A stretch of DNA of 64,000 nt, from NCBI GenBank assembly GCA_016932045.1, contig JAFGDO010000003.1, forward strand, positions 12,115 to 76,114. The letters are read 5' to 3'. The translations under genes were made by a program, and so were the position numbers. The stretch comes from Candidatus Dojkabacteria bacterium (GTDB lineage: Bacteria; Patescibacteriota; Dojkabacteria; JAHIVN01). Positions within the stretch are counted from its first letter, which is position 1. The number at the start of each line of letters is the position of its first letter. A model generated the notes under the pieces. It was not told where the DNA came from, did not search any database, and saw only the letters and a program-made list of their open reading frames with translations. This document shows, piece by piece, positions 10,015 to 19,128 of this stretch.

Positions 10015-10476
10015 TTATAACCCCAGATACTCAGTTAAAGTCTCACTTGGGAAATAAACAAGGAATTGAGAATTTGGATCATGAATTCCAATAAATTCAA
10101 ATCCTTCCCCGGTGAAAAGTTCAAAATTTTTCCTTCCCAGGTATTTCTTCTTAAAAGAATCGTATTCTTTGACTTTAAAATCACCACAACCAATTTGCGG
10201 CCTTTGTTTATCTGGTTTCCTTATCCTGAATACTTTCAGGATATCTTTTCCTAATTTCATTGGTTTAGTAAGTTTTATCACAGGACCATTGTGCTCATCA
10301 ATTCTTTTCCCAAGCTTTTTCGAAAACTTAATAAGGGTTCTAAACTCACTATTTGAATGAGAAAAAATCGTTATATAGTCTATCTTTAAGCCTTTTTCGG
10401 AAATGTATTGATCTTTTACTTCGGATATTCCTCGAGCGATCTGTTCTATTTTGCCTATAACTTCATCCTTGCCCAT
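10015..10476 (-). CDS. hypothetical protein
   Basis: 153-aa ORF with no recognisable motif. Confidence 0.35.
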   Translation of the reverse strand: MGKDEVIGKIEQIARGISEVKDQYISEKGLKIDYITIFSHSNSEFRTLIKFSKKLGKRIDEHNGPVIKLTKPMKLGKDILKVFRIRKPDKQRPQIGCGDFKVKEYDSFKKKYLGRKNFELFTGEGFEFIGIHDPNSQFLVYFPSETLTEYLGL

Positions 10477-10488
10477 AGATATAGCATA

Positions 10489-10923
10489 TTATGAAAATAT
10501 TAGATCATACCAAAGGCGCCATCCGGGTTTCAATTCCTCTTCCCTTACCTTCTCTTCACCTTCTGAATTCAACTCCTTTTGTTTTTCTATATATACGAGT
10601 TTCTGATTCGGAAAAGCTAAATTGAGCTCTTCTCGAGCTTTTAGATCTATATATTCTTTGCTAGAATAATATTTTAATTCCTCCCTCAATTCGGCATTTT
10701 TTTCGAAAAGCTTTTCGAGTCGTTCCTTTTCCTCAAGAATAATCTCATATCTTTCATAACCTTTCCTGATAATCCTAAATATATTTATGGAAAGAAGGAT
10801 AATGCTCAATATACAAATAGATGTAAAGATAACATACCCCCAATTTATACTTACCGATGAATATCTTCTGACAACCCCCTGCCAGAACTTAGATAAAATG
10901 TAGTTTATTTTTTTTCCTATCAT
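10489..10923 (-). CDS. membrane-anchored coiled-coil protein (possibly FtsB/DivIC-like)
   Basis: One N-terminal TM (VIFTSICILSIILLSINIF) followed by a K/E-rich coiled-coil. Confidence 0.35.
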   Translation of the reverse strand: MIGKKINYILSKFWQGVVRRYSSVSINWGYVIFTSICILSIILLSINIFRIIRKGYERYEIILEEKERLEKLFEKNAELREELKYYSSKEYIDLKAREELNLAFPNQKLVYIEKQKELNSEGEEKVREEELKPGWRLWYDLIFS

Positions 10924-11135
10924 AGCTTATTATAGCACCTAAGTTTTATAATATATAACTCATGGGCCAAGATATTAATTCGTTTTATGGAATTTTTTAC
11001 GAGTATTGACCTTACTATCTACATAATAGAACTACTTTAGCCGTTTAAGTACATTTATTACAAAATAATTGACATATATCACCTTCAATGTTAGAATTTG
11101 GGCAGTAAACCTCTAGTTTTCATAAAAATTAAAAA

Positions 11136-12020
11136 ATGACTTTACCAGAAGCACTAAAACAATTTACCGAATATTTAGAAAAACAGGGCCGATCATTATC
11201 GACGATAACCGCATATTCTAAAGACATAGAACAGATGAAAGATTATCTTTCTCAGGAAGAAAGTGTGAAAAAAATAGAAGAGGTTAACACAAAACAGCTT
11301 AATAACTATATAAATAAAATAAGGTCCGATAAGAAGAGTAATTACACTTTAAAGACGATTTCCAGGAAAATTAATAGTATGAAGACTTTATTTAAATTTC
11401 TGATCTCTGAACAATATGTTGACAATAACCCTGCCTTATCAGTAAAACATCCCAAATATGAGATTTCCCCCCCAAGAATTCTTACCAAATTAGAATATTG
11501 CGCCTTAAGGGACGTTACAAGGACTAATCTCCGCTTATTTACAATCGTCGAACTGTTACTTCAAACAGGTGTACGCATCGGCGAGCTTGCAAGACTCACA
11601 ATTGAAGATGTCGCCCTCGATTCAAATACGCCTAAGATTAATGTAAAAGCATTTGGTAGTAACCCCGCAAGAGAGGTAGAATTAAATTCTCAAGCAGAGC
11701 TGGCACTAAGAAAATACCTTGAAATTAGGCCCCAAGCCGAAGATAAGGTTAATGCATTATTCGTAACAAAGAATGGAAACCCATTACTTGTCAGAAATAT
11801 ACGAACAAGCATCACACGATCGCTAAAAAAGATTGGAGTTAAAGGAGCAACAGTTAACGATATACGGAATACTTTCATCCTTCATCAACTTAAGAATGGG
11901 ATGCCAATTGATGTGCTAGCTATTACCGTGGGACACAAGAGGATTACAAGCACAAAAAGGTACTTAGAACTAATTGACGATAAACCAAAGAGGAAATCTA
12001 CAAAGATATTACCCTTATAG
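11136..12020 (+). CDS. tyrosine recombinase (XerC/XerD-like phage-integrase family)
   Basis: Conserved Arg (GVRIGEL), box II region IRNTFILHQL...ITVGHKRITSTKRY with the terminal Tyr. The first box II His appears replaced by Asn. Confidence 0.75.
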   Translation: MTLPEALKQFTEYLEKQGRSLSTITAYSKDIEQMKDYLSQEESVKKIEEVNTKQLNNYINKIRSDKKSNYTLKTISRKINSMKTLFKFLISEQYVDNNPALSVKHPKYEISPPRILTKLEYCALRDVTRTNLRLFTIVELLLQTGVRIGELARLTIEDVALDSNTPKINVKAFGSNPAREVELNSQAELALRKYLEIRPQAEDKVNALFVTKNGNPLLVRNIRTSITRSLKKIGVKGATVNDIRNTFILHQLKNGMPIDVLAITVGHKRITSTKRYLELIDDKPKRKSTKILPL

Positions 12021-12049
12021 AATTCTTAAAAGAAGTAAAGAGAAAACCG

Positions 12050-13453
12050 CTATTTGTTTAACGACTTAATAATTCCCCGTGCACCCATTACACCAGTAAC
12101 TGCAGCTCCTATAATGTTACCTGAAACACCAGCTCCATCTCCTGCTACAAAAAGACCCCTTATCTCTGTTTGAAGTCCTTTATCGGTCATTACCTTAGAG
12201 CCTCTATATTTAACTTCAGGAGCATAAAGTAACGTAGAACCAGCATTTATACCAGGCATCACTCGATCAAGTTTTTCGAGACCTTCAAGAATATCCGTTG
12301 TGATCCTGTATGGCATAGCCATTGATATATCTCCTGGAGTTACTTCTTTTAGAGTAGGAGAAATATAACTCTTTTCAATTCTTTTCCATGTACTTCTCCT
12401 ACCAGCTTTAAGATCGGCTAACCTTTGTAAAATTGGCTTGCCTCCTCCAAGGGTAGTAGCAAGTTCAGCTATGGATCTTGCATATGCTGTTGTATTTTCT
12501 ACCGGTTCAGTTAATTCTATCTCTGTGACAAAAGCAAAGTTAGAATTGGTCGAGTCATGACTCGAGTTCGTATGGCCATTTACACACACATACCCTTTAT
12601 AATCCTCTATAGTAACCGTGCCATAGGGACATGGACAGAATGTCCTTATAACATCATCAAAATGCTTTGTTCTCATCTCAAATATTGACTCGTACATGAG
12701 CTCACTATATTCACGCATCACTGACTCTGGAAATTCTACTCTAACACCCACCTCTATCTTATCGTACAAATATTCGATGCTATATTTCTTGCAAATATCC
12801 TGCAGCCACTTAGCACCAACTCTACCTGGAGCAACCAACGTTTTTCCCGCATAAATCTCTCGTCCCTTATCAGTGACTACCCCTTTACACACTCCTCTTT
12901 TTATAATTAAGTCTTTCACTAGGGTTTTAGACATCAACACAACTCCGCTATCTTCGAAATAATCCTGGATTTTCTTGATTAACTTTTCTAATTTATCGGT
13001 CCCTACATGTCTAGCTTTTCTCACATAAAGCTTGATATCATTTTTTTGTGCTTGTTCAACCAACTCCTGAACCCTATCGCTGTCCTTTGGATAGTACTCT
13101 CCATTGACACCGTATTCTGAGAATATTTTATCAACATAGTTAACTAGCTTAACATACCTATCAATAGAGATCAGGCTCAAAGCTTTTCTGTGACTGAGTA
13201 CCGGAGTGTAATGCAGTTTTCCATCAGAATAGGTGCCTCCACCACCAAATCCGACCATTGCTTCTGTCTTTTTTCTCTTCTCTGCCCTTTCTCCCCTTTC
13301 AATAAGCAAAATTGCTAGATTTGGATTATGTTTTAATAGTTCATAAGTGGCAAATATACCAGCAGGTCCTGCGCCCACGACTATGACATCAAAATTTTTT
13401 GACCTTTGTCTTGACATGAGAGGATTGAGGAAAAAAGCAGTATTATGATACAC
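12050..13453 (-). CDS. FAD-dependent dehydrogenase (COG2509-like)
   Basis: N-terminal dinucleotide-binding motif DVIVVGAGPAGIFA. About 467 aa. Confidence 0.65.
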   Translation of the reverse strand: MYHNTAFFLNPLMSRQRSKNFDVIVVGAGPAGIFATYELLKHNPNLAILLIERGERAEKRKKTEAMVGFGGGGTYSDGKLHYTPVLSHRKALSLISIDRYVKLVNYVDKIFSEYGVNGEYYPKDSDRVQELVEQAQKNDIKLYVRKARHVGTDKLEKLIKKIQDYFEDSGVVLMSKTLVKDLIIKRGVCKGVVTDKGREIYAGKTLVAPGRVGAKWLQDICKKYSIEYLYDKIEVGVRVEFPESVMREYSELMYESIFEMRTKHFDDVIRTFCPCPYGTVTIEDYKGYVCVNGHTNSSHDSTNSNFAFVTEIELTEPVENTTAYARSIAELATTLGGGKPILQRLADLKAGRRSTWKRIEKSYISPTLKEVTPGDISMAMPYRITTDILEGLEKLDRVMPGINAGSTLLYAPEVKYRGSKVMTDKGLQTEIRGLFVAGDGAGVSGNIIGAAVTGVMGARGIIKSLNK

Positions 13454-13773
13454 AACTTGAGTAAACTGTGCAAATACGACATATATATTTTATATATATG
13501 ACCATCTATTCACCCATATCAGCATAAAAGCAAATACCCCGGAGAAATTGAATAAACTGCTTTTCTATTGTAAAATACCGAAGCAGTTTAAAAATATTTA
13601 TAGTAAAGTATAAATCTCAAACTGGGACCACTAGCTCAGCTGCTCAATGAGTTCAGGTTGAGTAGCTAGTTCAACAAGCTTACGAAACCTAGCGAGAATT
13701 AGTCCCGCTGAGACTACTGAATTGGGAGTGAGAGCTTATTGAAAAAGTTGTTCTTTAAATAATCAATTCTATT

Positions 13774-13847
13774 GGGCCAGTAGCTCAGTTGGTGAGAGCA
13801 CGGTTCTTATAAAGCCGGGGTCGGTGGTTCGAGTCCACCCTGGCCCA
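13774..13847 (+). tRNA. tRNA-Ile (anticodon TAT)
   Basis: Manual fold. Acceptor GGGCCAG/CTGGCCC, D-arm GCTCAGTTGGTGAGAGC, anticodon stem CGGTT/AGCCG, loop CTTATAA giving anticodon UAU, T-arm GGTGGTTCGAGTCCACC, discriminator A. Confidence 0.75.
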
Positions 13848-13922
13848 CACTAGAAATATTTAGTAATTCGTAGCCTGTAATCCGAAGGAATTCCATCCAA
13901 GAGGGAGATTACAATATATAAA

Positions 13923-15119
13923 TTACGCACCCTGACTTCTCTTTAAGATCAACTTTTCGTTATAAGAAAACAATAAAAACGCAGAGGCAAAACACACGAG
14001 CTGGCCATAATTCCACAAAAACGAAGTTAAGAAGTTCAAACTACTCAAATATCCAAAAGAAAAAAACACCATTGGACAGAGACAAGTAATTAAAACAAAA
14101 AGAATCTTTTTCTTAAAATCGTAACCTTTCGCAAGAAAATAAACTGGCAGTATAGCAAATGTTAGAGAATATGGCTTAAACCTTGGCAAGATGAGCATTA
14201 TACACAACACACCAAAAGAAAATAATTTTAGATAACTTCTTTTCTCTCGAGTATATCTATAGAAAGTAAATAGAACAAACAGCACAAAAAGAGCGTATAG
14301 TACCACTACTAATTCATTATTGCCATCCATAATTCTTTCTGCTGCCTCATTAATAAGAAAAAACATCGAAGGATTATTCACGCCGCCTTTTTCAAAAATC
14401 GGACTGTGTTGGTTATCTATACCCCCTGTAAGTGACAAATAGTAGGAAGAAGAAATCCCTGGGAACAAAATATACGATAAAAGATGAAGTAACAAAAACG
14501 TAAGTACAACAAGAGAAAAGAGCCTCATCTTTTCTCTCTTTGAAGTCCTTGAAAACAAAAGAAGAATACTATAAAAGACTGAAGTAATCTTCAAAAAGGA
14601 AAGAACTCCAATTATAAAAGCCGGCAATCGATGCTTTCTATTAATAATACCAAGAAAAATAAAAGCAAATAAACTCAGCTCAATTAAACCCACATTCCCC
14701 ACAAGAAAATTCCAGAAAGTGGCTGCAAAACAGCTTGTGAGTAATGTAACAAAGAATAATGGCTTAAAAGTCGTATCCCCTCTTTTAACAATAAAATAAA
14801 CGAATAAAAGAAGCAGAACCCAAATAAGATGGTACGTAAAAACTGAATCAAGAAAGCGAAGAAGTTTTAAAAAAAACAGACTTAAGGGAGGGTAAATGAA
14901 CGAGAACGGACTATCTGAATAAATCTTTACATTACTTACTACATACGGATCACAACCGTCATCATAAGTTCTTACTGCCCCACAGTAAATATTAAAATCA
15001 CCACCTGCAAGATATCTCAGAAGGCCAACCTCAATGAAGAATATACTAAGAATGATGATTGTTATACAGCAAGTATTAAATGCAGCCTCCCAGATAGACT
15101 TTGATTCTTCTTCCGCCAT
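13923..15119 (-). CDS. polytopic integral membrane protein (about 10 TM; VirB6-like role possible)
   Basis: 398 aa, almost entirely hydrophobic helices. Lies directly downstream of the VirB4-like ATPase on the same strand. Confidence 0.45.
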   Translation of the reverse strand: MAEEESKSIWEAAFNTCCITIIILSIFFIEVGLLRYLAGGDFNIYCGAVRTYDDGCDPYVVSNVKIYSDSPFSFIYPPLSLFFLKLLRFLDSVFTYHLIWVLLLLFVYFIVKRGDTTFKPLFFVTLLTSCFAATFWNFLVGNVGLIELSLFAFIFLGIINRKHRLPAFIIGVLSFLKITSVFYSILLLFSRTSKREKMRLFSLVVLTFLLLHLLSYILFPGISSSYYLSLTGGIDNQHSPIFEKGGVNNPSMFFLINEAAERIMDGNNELVVVLYALFVLFVLFTFYRYTREKRSYLKLFSFGVLCIMLILPRFKPYSLTFAILPVYFLAKGYDFKKKILFVLITCLCPMVFFSFGYLSSLNFLTSFLWNYGQLVCFASAFLLFSYNEKLILKRSQGA

Positions 15120-15148
15120 AAGGAGTGAGTTAACTAAGTATCAAATCA

Positions 15149-17611
15149 CTACATAAGTTTAGGGCCTGGAAATGAAGGTGGCGAAAAGCCCCCAGGAGCA
15201 CCAAGACTTGGTGCTGCCGGCTTGTACTCCTCTTCAAGTTCAGCTCTCTGCATGATCTCTGTCTCAACCATGGATCTGTCTCTACCATACTTTAATCTCG
15301 AAAGCTCTTTTACTGTTTGAGCAATTTGCATATCAGACTTCAAGTGACCGAATGGTGCATTTTCAAGGTGAGTATAAATTGAAAAAGGAGGAGGATATTC
15401 ACCATCAACTAATAACTTTATATATGCGTTAATAGCCTCAAGGTTTACAAGGTCATTCTGATCAAATATTGGAACGAACTCGTTTTGTAAATACTGAGCA
15501 TCACTTACTCCCACCTTAAAACTTACAATTGATCCTACATTGCCAAATACTGCATCCCTAATTCGCTCATCAATCTGAGCAATATATTGATTTGCCACAA
15601 TAAGATTTAGCTTATATTTTCTTGCCTCTGAAAGAATCTGGGCAAAGTCATCCGTAGCAAAGTTCTGGAATTCATCAACATACAGGTAAAAGTCCTGTCT
15701 TTGTTCTTCGGGTATATCAGCACGGCTCATTGCAGCAGACAGAATTTTTGGCACTAATAATAAACCTAGAAATTGTGAGTTTTCTTCTCCAACCAGACCT
15801 TTTGATAGGTTCACAATTAGAATTTTCTTCTCATCCATAATCTTCCTGATATTAAAACTCGACTTACCCTGTCCAATGATATTTCTCATAAGCTTGTTTG
15901 TTACAAACCTGTCAAATTTAGACACAATATAACCCAAAACTTCACTCTTATGGAAATCACTGGTTTGTGCTATCTCATCAGTCCAGTAACGTCTAACAAT
16001 ATCATCCTTTACAAGCGGCAGCTTCTTTTTCACAAACTGGGGATCAGTTAGTATCCTCATTACTTCAACCAAGGTATTACCCTCTTCTGACATAGCAGTT
16101 AGCATAGCATTTCTAACAGCTCGTTCAAATCTCGGTCCCACAATTCCTTGCCTGTTTGGATCAAACATCTTATACATAAGCCCAATGAAGGCATTTACAA
16201 TCCTATGCTTATCCTGCTCATCTAAGAAATCAATTACGTTAAAACCTATTGGTCTTTCTGTATCAGCTGGATTAAAATAAATTACATCCTCTGCTCTCTC
16301 TGGAGGAATTCTTTCAATAAGCCACTCCGAGGGATCACCGTGAGGATCAAGAAAAGCCAGCCCTTTTCCAGCCTTTATATCCTGCCAAATCATACTCTGC
16401 AAAAAGTAGGATTTACCAACACCGGTTTTTCCAACAATATACATATGTCTCCTTCGATCATCCTCCTTTATGCATACGTCTCTAGAAACTCCTCTATATA
16501 TTGACTTGCCAAGCCATAATCCTTTTGTAGGTACCTCCTGAGAAGCAGGAGCTCTTTTTGCTAGCAACCAGTGAATATGAGGGGTTTGAATATTCTTGTT
16601 CGGGAAATGATATATTGTAGCCAATTCTTCGGTATTCAATACATTTTCGGCAACCGGAATTCTATAGATAAATCTCCTAATAAAGCTCCTTGCCTTACCT
16701 CCACTTAGACTTTTCTTTTTTAAACTATTTCCCTGTTGATTCTTTAGAGACTCAAATGCCGCAAGTATATTCATAACGTGTCTGTTGGCATCTTCTTGCG
16801 TACGTCCTACAGCAACAACCCTCAGGTCGGTCGCAAAGCCGACCTTTGTGCATTTCTTCTCAACCGCAGCAATAACATCTTCTTGAATTGGAACTTTTTT
16901 TTCTTCGTTTTCTGAAGCCTTTGACTTGAGGTTGTTCACAAAGGACTTCCCGTTTGTTCTCCATTTATTGCCGGAAGACGAGATTATAACTTGTAATGCT
17001 ATCCCCTCTCCTTCATTTAATTTGCTTATAGCATTCGTGAGTGAAGAGAGCAAATCCACAGACAAATCTTCATAAGTTTTAATCGGTTTATATTTTTCAC
17101 TCTCCTGAACAAGAACCGCAAATGCCACTTTTCCATTCTCTTCAAATATATTGTACTCCTCTACATCTCTTACATCCGCCGTAGGATATGAGGCATGAAT
17201 CTGTTTCTCTATCATCACGCGTAAATTTTTAGGTACAGCTACAAAAAACCTTATAGTTTCAGGAAAGGCTATAATTTCAAAACTAATAAAATCCGCTGCT
17301 TTAAATTTACTCTTTATGCCTTTTTGTGACGAGAGGCCGTACAACGAGGAAAAAAGCTGATCCATAGCATTTATCTCTACTTCGTTATTTTGCGGGACCC
17401 TGACCTCGAGAAGATCCATACTAAGTGATCTTTTCTCAAACGCAGCCTCCTTTATCCTTCTTGCCAATAACATAAACACGAAAATACTTACAACCAAAAC
17501 GAGTATGAATAAGAGGATAGCCCCTACCATAAGGATACCATTGTCAGACTGCTGGGTTCTTACCGAATTCCCTGTTTCACCTATTGTTTGTGCAATAACT
17601 TGTGAAATCAT
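15149..17611 (-). CDS. type IV secretion-type ATPase of the FtsK-HerA superfamily (VirB4/TraC-like; VirD4/TraG-like also possible)
   Basis: 820 aa. N-terminal TM (ILMVGAILLFILVLVVSIFVFML). Walker A IVGKTGVGKS, DPHGD box (compare DPxGE of coupling proteins), Walker B YLYVDEFQNF. Confidence 0.7.
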   Translation of the reverse strand: MISQVIAQTIGETGNSVRTQQSDNGILMVGAILLFILVLVVSIFVFMLLARRIKEAAFEKRSLSMDLLEVRVPQNNEVEINAMDQLFSSLYGLSSQKGIKSKFKAADFISFEIIAFPETIRFFVAVPKNLRVMIEKQIHASYPTADVRDVEEYNIFEENGKVAFAVLVQESEKYKPIKTYEDLSVDLLSSLTNAISKLNEGEGIALQVIISSSGNKWRTNGKSFVNNLKSKASENEEKKVPIQEDVIAAVEKKCTKVGFATDLRVVAVGRTQEDANRHVMNILAAFESLKNQQGNSLKKKSLSGGKARSFIRRFIYRIPVAENVLNTEELATIYHFPNKNIQTPHIHWLLAKRAPASQEVPTKGLWLGKSIYRGVSRDVCIKEDDRRRHMYIVGKTGVGKSYFLQSMIWQDIKAGKGLAFLDPHGDPSEWLIERIPPERAEDVIYFNPADTERPIGFNVIDFLDEQDKHRIVNAFIGLMYKMFDPNRQGIVGPRFERAVRNAMLTAMSEEGNTLVEVMRILTDPQFVKKKLPLVKDDIVRRYWTDEIAQTSDFHKSEVLGYIVSKFDRFVTNKLMRNIIGQGKSSFNIRKIMDEKKILIVNLSKGLVGEENSQFLGLLLVPKILSAAMSRADIPEEQRQDFYLYVDEFQNFATDDFAQILSEARKYKLNLIVANQYIAQIDERIRDAVFGNVGSIVSFKVGVSDAQYLQNEFVPIFDQNDLVNLEAINAYIKLLVDGEYPPPFSIYTHLENAPFGHLKSDMQIAQTVKELSRLKYGRDRSMVETEIMQRAELEEEYKPAAPSLGAPGGFSPPSFPGPKLM

Positions 17612-17935
17612 GATTAAAATGGTAGCAGAATTTGAATAGCATTTTCTACAATTAAAATGGAAATTACAAATTCTATACTCAAATTCCTAAACTACAAAGT
17701 ATATTTTTTATTCTACATTTAAATAATCTAAAAGAAAAGTGTCATTGATAGCTCGCCTTAAGTGATTGCGGAAAAGTAAGGGCATGATTTTGTTAAATTT
17801 CGGTAGAATTGATCTAGATGATCAAAAATTATTGAAATAATCAAATTTGCTCACTTAAAACATACGAACCATTTTGATCATTTACATCAAGAATATTTGT
17901 TCAGTGAGGAAACCGTAGCTTCTCCGTTGAGAAAA

Positions 17936-18469
17936 TTATGACTCGGTCTTATACATTCTAACCAACCTGTTTATAAGTACAAACAACCATGTTTTGGCAG
18001 AAAAAACATCACCTTTAACTTTGTTGCCTTGAGTTTTTTGGCCCGCTAACGATGCGTTTCTTGAGAGCTGATACCCATAAACTTTAAATGGACTTTCAAA
18101 CTTCTGTTGGTCCGGAACAACATTTGGTGCTTCAACAGCCTTCTCTTTTTTCTCCTCCTCAACTCTCTCTTCTTTTAAAGCTTCAGATCCTTTCTCTGGT
18201 TCGACTTTTACTTCAGGTACTACTAATCGTTCCCCACCCTCAACTCTAGATGGTACCTCCGGAGAAGCACCAGGGATCACGGGCTGTATTTGCTGAACTG
18301 GCACTTGAGGAATATTTGAGACTTGCTGTCCCCGTTGGGTAGGGACTTGGGGAGAATAAGACATCGGATTTGCCGATGCAAATGGATAGGGAGTAGTAAC
18401 CGCTCCTACTCCAGTATTCTGGGAATTTGGATTGTCTGATACCTGATTCTGTATAATCTGATTGTCCAT
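17936..18469 (-). CDS. Pro/Gln-rich low-complexity hypothetical protein
   Basis: 177-aa ORF with P/Q/V-rich repeats and a charged EEKKEK stretch. No motif. Confidence 0.35.
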   Translation of the reverse strand: MDNQIIQNQVSDNPNSQNTGVGAVTTPYPFASANPMSYSPQVPTQRGQQVSNIPQVPVQQIQPVIPGASPEVPSRVEGGERLVVPEVKVEPEKGSEALKEERVEEEKKEKAVEAPNVVPDQQKFESPFKVYGYQLSRNASLAGQKTQGNKVKGDVFSAKTWLFVLINRLVRMYKTES

Positions 18470-18651
18470 AATTTGTAAGTCGAATAGTTCTAATCTATTT
18501 TATGTTGTTCACTTTATCTTAAAATCATTTGACTCTAATAAAATCTCTCGGACAGCAACTGGAAATCTTCCAAAAATTATCTTAGAAGTCAATTTAATCA
18601 GCAACAGCTCGCATATTTTATCATATCTCATCTACATTCCCAAACAAATTG

Positions 18652-19128
18652 TCAAAACTTTTCAATTCCAGCAATATCTTCTCTTACCTGTCTCTTCATC
18701 TCCCTCTCTTTAATTTTTTTCCTCTTATCATACTTCTTCCTTCCTTTCCCAGCACCTATTTTCACTTTTAATTTCCCATTTTGACTAAATATCTCTAGTG
18801 GGATTATAGCCATTTTCTTGGCATCTTGGAGAATTCGTAATTCTTCAACCTCTCTTTTAGTTAATAGTAATTTCCTCCTTATCCTTGGATCGTAATCAGT
18901 AATATCCGCAAACTTCCACTTTGAAATGTGAGCATTTATAAGCCATACTTCACCCCTTTCAACTCTTACAAAGCTCTCTTTTAGACTGATATTCCCATTT
19001 CTTACAGACTTGACTTCGTACCCTCTCAAAACCATACCTGCTACAAAACTCTTAGAGATTTCATAATCAAACCTAGCACGTTTATTCTGAGCTAGTATCT
19101 TTTTACTCGAGGGATTCTTTGTATTCAT
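18652..19128 (-). CDS. smpB: SsrA-binding protein SmpB
   Basis: KILAQNKRARFDYEI...GYEVKSVR is the canonical SmpB N-terminus. Start set at the internal ATG (19128); the table ORF extends to 19200. Confidence 0.85.
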   Translation of the reverse strand: MNTKNPSSKKILAQNKRARFDYEISKSFVAGMVLRGYEVKSVRNGNISLKESFVRVERGEVWLINAHISKWKFADITDYDPRIRRKLLLTKREVEELRILQDAKKMAIIPLEIFSQNGKLKVKIGAGKGRKKYDKRKKIKEREMKRQVREDIAGIEKF

